A stretch of DNA of 64,000 nucleotides from NCBI GenBank assembly GCA_003598135.1, contig QZKA01000026.1:11258-75257 (forward strand), read 5' to 3'. Each line of letters opens with the position of its first letter. Position 1 is the first letter of the stretch. The notes below the pieces were generated by a model that worked only from the letters and a program-made list of their open reading frames with translations, did no database searches and was not told where the DNA came from. This document shows, in pieces, positions 58,494-64,000 of the stretch. The stretch is from Candidatus Omnitrophota bacterium. GTDB taxonomy: Bacteria > Omnitrophota > Gorgyraeia > Gygaellales > Profunditerraquicolaceae. The position numbers and the translations under genes are program-made.

Positions 58494-59243
58494 TTAGTTA
58501 TAGTGTGTTAATATTTCTGGTCCGCTATCCCCGATCGCCACCGTATGCTCAAAATGCGCAGAGAATAACCTGTCCTTGGTGACCGCAGTCCAGCCATTAT
58601 CCAAAATCTGGCATTCCCAGCTACCGGTATTTACCATCGGCTCTATTGCAAGCACCATCCCATGCATAAGCATAACCCCTTCGTGCGGCCTTCCGAAATT
58701 CGGGATTTCCGGCTCTTCGTGCAGGCTTCTTCCGATGCCATGGCCGACAAACTCCCTGACTACCGAAAACCCGTTATTCTCGACGTGCTGTTGGATGGCA
58801 TGAGAAATATCGTATAAGTGATTATTAACCCGCGCCTGTCTTACTCCTGCCATCAACGCCTCTTTTGTGACCTCTATCAATTTTTTGACGCTCGGCGATA
58901 CCTTCCCGATGCCTATGGTAATGGCTGCGTCCGCAAAATAACCCTGGTAATTGATCCCCACGTCAACACTTACGATATCACAGTCCTTAAGCCTTCTTTC
59001 TGAAGGAATGCCGTGCACCACCTCTTCATTCACGGAAGTGCATATATGCGCGGGAAACCCTTTATAACCAAGAAAAGCCGATTCGGCATTTTCCTGCCGG
59101 ATCAAATTATCCGCAACTCTATCAATTTCTAGCGTGGTAATGCTAGGCTCAATATACTCACGCAGTTTTTTTATGATTCTCGCCAGTTTCTGGCCGGTAC
59201 ACCTCATCATTTCTAAATCTTTTTCAGACTTTAGGGGAATCAT
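58494..59243 (-). CDS. map: methionine aminopeptidase
   Basis: Conserved metal ligands D, D, H, E, E. Confidence 0.85.
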   Translation of the reverse strand: MIPLKSEKDLEMMRCTGQKLARIIKKLREYIEPSITTLEIDRVADNLIRQENAESAFLGYKGFPAHICTSVNEEVVHGIPSERRLKDCDIVSVDVGINYQGYFADAAITIGIGKVSPSVKKLIEVTKEALMAGVRQARVNNHLYDISHAIQQHVENNGFSVVREFVGHGIGRSLHEEPEIPNFGRPHEGVMLMHGMVLAIEPMVNTGSWECQILDNGWTAVTKDRLFSAHFEHTVAIGDSGPEILTHYN

Positions 59244-59889
59244 CCAGTTCCTTTATAAGCTGCATGATCTTATCTAGCACGATCTGGGGCCCTTCGTCAG
59301 AAGAAACGTGGTGCAGCTTATGGCGCTGCTGGTAATACGAAATTAATCCTGCCACTTCGCTCTGATACACCAAAAGACGCTTTTTGATAGTTTCTTCTTT
59401 GTCATCATCGCGCTGGTATAATCCGCAGGAACAGTTATCACATATCATCTCGCGCTTAGGAGGCATATTGGTCACATGGAAATTTGCACCACATGATTTG
59501 CACACCAGCCTCCCTCCCAGGCGCTGGATGATGACCGGTTCGCTTGCATCAAGGTAGACAACCAAATCCATTGCGGCATCCAGACTGTTAAGAATACCGT
59601 CCAGTGTTTTTGCTTGCGCCAGATTCCTGGGATACCCGTCTAAAATGAAGCCTTTCTGTATATCAGGCTGTTTCAACCTCTCAATAAGCATCTGGGTAAC
59701 GAGCTCATCGGGAACAAGCATCCCCTTATTCATGAAATCCTTTGCCCTAATGCCCAATTGCGTATTGCCGGCTACATTCTGCCTTAAGAGGTCGCCCGTC
59801 GAGATATGAGAAAGGTGCGTCGCTTGAGCCAAAACTTTTGCCTGCGTCCCTTTGCCTGCGCCTGGAGGTCCAAGCAGTACTATTCTCAC
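59224..59889 (-). CDS. adk: adenylate kinase with zinc-binding LID
   Basis: GPPGAGKGTQ P-loop; CKSCG...CDNCSC. Confidence 0.85.
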   Translation of the reverse strand: MRIVLLGPPGAGKGTQAKVLAQATHLSHISTGDLLRQNVAGNTQLGIRAKDFMNKGMLVPDELVTQMLIERLKQPDIQKGFILDGYPRNLAQAKTLDGILNSLDAAMDLVVYLDASEPVIIQRLGGRLVCKSCGANFHVTNMPPKREMICDNCSCGLYQRDDDKEETIKKRLLVYQSEVAGLISYYQQRHKLHHVSSDEGPQIVLDKIMQLIKELDDSPKV

Positions 59890-61244
59890 TGCCTTCTTCC
59901 TCTGATCTTCCCGGATTTGATAAACCCTTCATAGTGGTGCATCACAAGATGCGATTCTATCTGTTTTATCGTATCAAGCATAACGCCTACCACAATCAAT
60001 ATTGCGGTCCCGCCGAAAAACGAAGCAACAAGGTAGGGGATGCCAAGCCACGCCATGATGAAGTCGGGAAAAATGGCAATAAAGGCAATAAAAAGCGCAC
60101 CAGCGAGTGTTATCCTGGTCATAACAAAATCAAGATATTCCGCGGTCGGCGCACCTGGCCGGATTCCCGGGATAAACCCTCCATATTTCTTCATGTTCTC
60201 AGAAACCTCCGAGGGATTAAACACTATCGCGGTATAGAAATAACAAAAGAATATGATCAACAGCGAATAGACAAGCGTATAGAGTAGTCCTCCCCTGCTT
60301 AAGCCCTGCGCCAATCTCTGAAAGGCAGGCAAAGGAATGAACGACGCAATAGTAGCAGGAAAAAGGATTATCGATTGCGCAAAGATAATCGCGATGACCC
60401 CTGAAGTATCTACCTTTAACGGAATATACGTTGACTGCCCCCCGTAAATCTTTCTGCCGACGATCCTGCGCGCATACTGGACGGGAATCTTGCGGTATCC
60501 CTGGGTAATAAGCACCACCGCCAGCACCACTCCTACTAATAACAGCGCCATCAATAAAAGGGTGTAAGGCTGTACCTGGCCTCTCGAAGTAGATGAAGGC
60601 GAAATGAGGATTGCCAGCTGCGCAACGGCAGTAGGTATTCGCGATATAATACCGGCAGTGATGACCAAAGAAATCCCGTTTCCGATTCCGCGTTCCTGAA
60701 TCTGTTCCCCCAGCCACATAATAAATATAGTACCAGCGGTCAGGGTCAAGACCGTCAGGATCCTAAATCCCCAGCCGGGATACATCACAATCCTTAAACC
60801 TTCAAACCCTTCGAAACGTGCGGAGTTCTCAAGCCACATCGCGATGAAGAACGACTGAACCGCAGCAAGTGCCACTGTCCCTATGCGGGTATATTGATTT
60901 ATTTTTTCGTAACCGGCTTTTCCTTCTTTTGCCAGTTTTTCAAGGCGCGGGATTACTACGGTCAAAAGCTGCATAATGATCGAGGATGATATGTAAGGCA
61001 TAATGCCAAGCGCAAAAATCGTAAGCCTCTCCATAGCGCCTCCTGAAAACATATTCATGATCCCCAGCAATGACCCGCCGTGAGTCCTGGCAATGCGATT
61101 GAAGAATTCAGTAAGGGCGTGCACATCAATTCCGGGAGTTGGTATGTAACAACCCACGCGGTACACCGCGATAAGCAAGCCTGTCACCACAAGGCGATTC
61201 TTCAGGTCGGGAATTTTAAAAGAGTTGGCTAGTGCGCTAAACAT
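59886..61244 (-). CDS. secY: preprotein translocase SecY
   Basis: 10-TM SecY sequence. Confidence 0.9.
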   Translation of the reverse strand: MFSALANSFKIPDLKNRLVVTGLLIAVYRVGCYIPTPGIDVHALTEFFNRIARTHGGSLLGIMNMFSGGAMERLTIFALGIMPYISSSIIMQLLTVVIPRLEKLAKEGKAGYEKINQYTRIGTVALAAVQSFFIAMWLENSARFEGFEGLRIVMYPGWGFRILTVLTLTAGTIFIMWLGEQIQERGIGNGISLVITAGIISRIPTAVAQLAILISPSSTSRGQVQPYTLLLMALLLVGVVLAVVLITQGYRKIPVQYARRIVGRKIYGGQSTYIPLKVDTSGVIAIIFAQSIILFPATIASFIPLPAFQRLAQGLSRGGLLYTLVYSLLIIFFCYFYTAIVFNPSEVSENMKKYGGFIPGIRPGAPTAEYLDFVMTRITLAGALFIAFIAIFPDFIMAWLGIPYLVASFFGGTAILIVVGVMLDTIKQIESHLVMHHYEGFIKSGKIRGRRQ

Positions 61245-61752
61245 TTACAATAAGCTCCGTGGAACCGCCTGCTTTTTTAATCTTTTCCTGCGCCTGCCTG
61301 GAAAAGGCATGCGCCTGCACGGCTAAGGCATGTTTTATCTCGCCGTTGCCAAGGATTTTAAGCGGCAATTGTGTATCCTTAATGATTCCTTTTTCTTTTA
61401 ATAACGCCGGATTGACTTTCGGGTCTTTAATGTTATTCAGGTCGATAAGGTTTATAATCTGGTACTGTCTCTTTGCCCTACTGGTAAAACCTCGCTTGGC
61501 AATCCTTCGGATTAAAGGCGTCTGGCCTCCTTCGAAACCAAGATAGAAATGTCTCCCGGAACGGGAAGTCTGCCCCTTACTGCCTCGGGTAGAAGTCTTA
61601 CCGTGCCCAGAACCAGGACCCCTGCCGAGTAGCTTGCGTTTTTTATTCGCTCCACGAGGGCTTCGTAAATTATGTATCCCCACGGATGCAACATGAGCGC
61701 TATTCTTTTTCTTCTCAGCAGCTCTTTTAATCCGGCTTATTTTCTGTTTCAT
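61237..61752 (-). CDS. rplO: ribosomal protein L15
   Basis: Gly/Arg-rich L15 N-terminus. Confidence 0.85.
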   Translation of the reverse strand: MKQKISRIKRAAEKKKNSAHVASVGIHNLRSPRGANKKRKLLGRGPGSGHGKTSTRGSKGQTSRSGRHFYLGFEGGQTPLIRRIAKRGFTSRAKRQYQIINLIDLNNIKDPKVNPALLKEKGIIKDTQLPLKILGNGEIKHALAVQAHAFSRQAQEKIKKAGGSTELIVNV

Positions 61753-62218
61753 CTTTTTCTATAGGCTGTAGTTGTTCTAATCCTTCAACGGTCGCCTTAA
61801 TGACATTAATAGGATTATTGGATTTAATGGTTTTAGTGAGAATGTCCTTTATGCCGCACGATTCGCAAATAGCCCTTACAGGGCCGCAGGCGATAATTCC
61901 CGTACCTTCTGAAGCAGGTTTCAAAAGCACCTGAGCCGCTCCGAATTTCCCCAGCACCTCATGGGGAATGGAAGAACCCTGCAGAAATACCTTGCGGGTC
62001 TCTTTCTTTGCCTTGGTGATTCCTTTACGGATGGCATTTGCAACTTCATTGGCTTTACCAAGGGCAAAACCGACATTGCCTCTTTTATCACCGACCACCA
62101 CAAGGGCGCTGAACGATAATTTCTTCCCACCTTTGGTCACCTTAGTCACCCTGTTGATGGTGACTACCTTTTCCACATACTCAGCTTGTGGCCCTGCCTG
62201 GAAAGTATTCGTCGTCAA
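61727..62218 (-). CDS. rpsE: ribosomal protein S5
   Basis: [16 protein letters not shown]. Confidence 0.85.
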   Translation of the reverse strand: MTTNTFQAGPQAEYVEKVVTINRVTKVTKGGKKLSFSALVVVGDKRGNVGFALGKANEVANAIRKGITKAKKETRKVFLQGSSIPHEVLGKFGAAQVLLKPASEGTGIIACGPVRAICESCGIKDILTKTIKSNNPINVIKATVEGLEQLQPIEKDETENKPD

Positions 62219-62577
62219 AATTCCAAACCTCCCTTTCTTAAGGACTCAGCAAACACTTTAACTCTGCCGTGATAGGCATAGCCAGCACGGTCAAAGACAA
62301 CCCTGCTGACCCCTTTCTCTTTGGCCTTCTGCGCAAAAACCTCTCCAAAAAACGCAGCCGCCTTGACATTGCCCGCATAAGGAAACCTGTGCTTAATTTC
62401 TTTATCCAGTGTGGATAAAGAAAAAATCGTCCTGTGTTTAATATCATCCACGAGTTGGGCAGAAAAATTCTTCAGACTCCTACGCACCACTAACCGTGGC
62501 TTTTCGTTATCGCCGCTTAGCCGGGTACGGATACGTACATGCCTATACTGCCTTTTTAATCCTTTTCTTTTTTTCAT
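62215..62577 (-). CDS. rplR: ribosomal protein L18
   Basis: Conserved L18. Confidence 0.85.
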   Translation of the reverse strand: MKKRKGLKRQYRHVRIRTRLSGDNEKPRLVVRRSLKNFSAQLVDDIKHRTIFSLSTLDKEIKHRFPYAGNVKAAAFFGEVFAQKAKEKGVSRVVFDRAGYAYHGRVKVFAESLRKGGLEF

Positions 62578-62583
62578 AGACGT

Positions 62584-63129
62584 TTATTTGGTTGACGCCT
62601 GGGCCTTGCCCACTTTCTTCTTTACCAGTTCTCCCGTATACCTGATCCCCGTACCCTTATATGGCTCAGGAGGGCATACTGCGCGGATCTCCGCTGCCAC
62701 CTCGCCAACCTTCTCCTTATCTATGCCGCTTATAATGACTTGGTTGGCCTTGGGTGTCTCGATCTTTATTCCTTCGGGTATCGCGTAATTCACCGGATGA
62801 GAAAAACGTAATTGCAGATTGAGCACTTTGCCCTGCACCTGCGCGCGGAACCCTACGCCGATAATATCCAGCGATTTCTTGTATCCCTCGGTAACTCCCT
62901 TGACCATGTTATATATCAACGCCCTGGTTAAACCGTGCAGGGATTTATCCAGCTTGGTATCGCTGTTGCGGCCAAGAATGATCACGTTATCTTTGTACTC
63001 CGCAGAAATGGAATCAAACAGGGATAGAACAAGTTTTCCTTTCGGCCCCTCTATATTGAGGACTTTTTCCTTCAGGTCAACCTTAACTTCCTTTGGCACC
63101 ACTATAGGCTTCTTCCCAATTCTTGACAT
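62584..63129 (-). CDS. rplF: ribosomal protein L6 (start at MSRIGKKPI)
   Basis: Conserved L6 N-terminus; the longer ORF would overlap rpsH. Confidence 0.85.
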   Translation of the reverse strand: MSRIGKKPIVVPKEVKVDLKEKVLNIEGPKGKLVLSLFDSISAEYKDNVIILGRNSDTKLDKSLHGLTRALIYNMVKGVTEGYKKSLDIIGVGFRAQVQGKVLNLQLRFSHPVNYAIPEGIKIETPKANQVIISGIDKEKVGEVAAEIRAVCPPEPYKGTGIRYTGELVKKKVGKAQASTK

Positions 63130-63139
63130 ATAGCCTCTC

Positions 63140-63535
63140 TTACCAAATGTATCCCAATATCTCGCCGCCAATCTGATTTAGGCGCGCTTCTTTATCTGTC
63201 AGGATTCCTTTGGAGGTAGAAATAAGCGCAATCCCTCTTCCCCTTAAAACATAAGGGATTTTATCTTTTCTTGCATAAACCCTGAGCGAACATTTGGAAA
63301 TGCGCTTGATATTTGTTATCGCCGGCTTCTTGCCTTTGTATTTCAAATATATCCTCAATATACCTTGCTTGTTGTCTTCAATAAGCTTATAGTTATCAAT
63401 GTAATGCTCGCGTTTGAGAATTTCCATAATCGCCTGGGTAATTTTTGAGGCAGGCGCATCAAGATTCTCCTTCTTTGCCATGATGGCATTGCGTATCATT
63501 GTAAATGTATCAGCGATTAAATCTGTTTTTGCCAT
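63140..63535 (-). CDS. rpsH: ribosomal protein S8
   Basis: Conserved S8. Confidence 0.85.
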   Translation of the reverse strand: MAKTDLIADTFTMIRNAIMAKKENLDAPASKITQAIMEILKREHYIDNYKLIEDNKQGILRIYLKYKGKKPAITNIKRISKCSLRVYARKDKIPYVLRGRGIALISTSKGILTDKEARLNQIGGEILGYIW

Positions 63536-63560
63536 TTTTTTCCCCGTGTTATGAAACTAC

Positions 63561-63746
63561 CTACCAGCTTGCTTTTTTTACGCCGGGAATAAGGCCTTGC
63601 CAGGCCAATTCCCTAAAACAAATACGGCAGAGCTGAAATCTCCTCAAATACCCTCCCGACCTGCCGCAGATATGGCACCGGTTGTGTTTTCGTACTGAAA
63701 ACTTTGGGGGCCTTTTCCATCGATTGATTTGTGATGTTTTGGCCAT
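63561..63746 (-). CDS. rpsZ: ribosomal protein S14 type Z (zinc ribbon)
   Basis: 61 aa with CxxC...CxxC. Confidence 0.85.
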   Translation of the reverse strand: MAKTSQINRWKRPPKFSVRKHNRCHICGRSGGYLRRFQLCRICFRELAWQGLIPGVKKASW

Positions 63747-63764
63747 TTAGACGTACTCCCTTTC

Positions 63765-64000
63765 GATAAAATGTTATTCTTCCAACTTGAACGGCATACC
63801 AAACAACCGCAGCAATTCTTTCGATTGCTCTTTGCTCTTTGAATTCTTAATTACGAACGTAATATCCATGCCTTGAGTCCGGCTTATTTTGTCGTAATCT
63901 ATTTCTGGAAATATATTCTGCTCTGTAAGCCCCAGCGTATAATTGCCCCCTTCGTCAAACGAATTATCAGGAACGCCCCTGAAATCGCGGATGCGGGGAA
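63765..64000 (-). CDS. rplE: ribosomal protein L5, C-terminal part only (continues beyond the window end)
   Basis: [24 protein letters not shown]...GMDITF. Confidence 0.8.

Noticed and set aside
1-64000. Search for CRISPR arrays, reverse transcriptase/DGR near the fibre genes, and a transposase
   Set aside because: No spaced direct-repeat array, no RT motif (YxDD) ORF and no transposase-like ORF were seen. The tail-fibre repeats are protein-level repeats within a single ORF.

Overview
This 64 kb window splits into two parts. Positions 1..~38977 are the right-hand portion of an integrated temperate phage, and ~39016..64000 is host chromosome. The prophage genes run almost entirely on the minus strand, with tight ATGA/TAATG start-stop overlaps between neighbours. 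In transcription order the prophage carries: (1) A lambdoid lysogeny switch, with a Cro-like gene and a CI-like S24 repressor gene placed back to back around three operator repeats. On the plus strand a single operon encodes CI, a lipoprotein, a truncated CI-paralog HTH, a small TM protein and a tyrosine integrase. (2) An early recombination/replication module: SMC-like ATPase, YqaJ-type exonuclease, RecT, a SleB-type cell-wall hydrolase, a SWIM zinc finger protein, SSB, a possible initiator gene with internal iterons, a DUF559 endonuclease, a DUF1566 protein and a ParB-like nuclease. (3) An atypical phage tRNA with a CAT anticodon next to a GroES-like gene. (4) A packaging and virion module: TerS, TerL, an inserted AT-rich two-gene moron with its own promoter, portal, scaffold, HK97-type capsid, fibre-like proteins, a T7 gp12-like tail tubular protein and a series of internal-virion/ejection-like proteins. 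The last of these is a giant ORF of more than 2100 aa that runs off the window start. The integrase abuts a tRNA-Met 5' fragment at 38978..39015, which I read as the attachment junction. The host part contains an orphan cyclic-di-GMP-I (GEMM) riboswitch with its own promoter and a bidirectional terminator, lying convergent to a small Cys-rich protein gene and a PilZ gene. It then carries rpoD and dnaG, a Nif3-like gene, cvpA, and groES-groEL with a CIRCE operator. A metabolic cluster follows with a lipoyl-domain protein, an E3-like dehydrogenase, mdh, an IDH/IMDH-type dehydrogenase, and leuD-like and leuC-like genes with pilT inserted between them, plus an aminotransferase. The window ends with the alpha and spc ribosomal operons: rplQ, rpoA, rpsD, rpsK, rpsM, rpmJ, infA, map, adk, secY, rplO, rpsE, rplR, rplF, rpsH, rpsZ and a partial rplE, with no L30 gene. 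The main candidates for a novel system are the terL-portal moron cassette, the orphan c-di-GMP riboswitch locus, and the phage tRNA(CAT) in combination with the disrupted host tRNA-Met.
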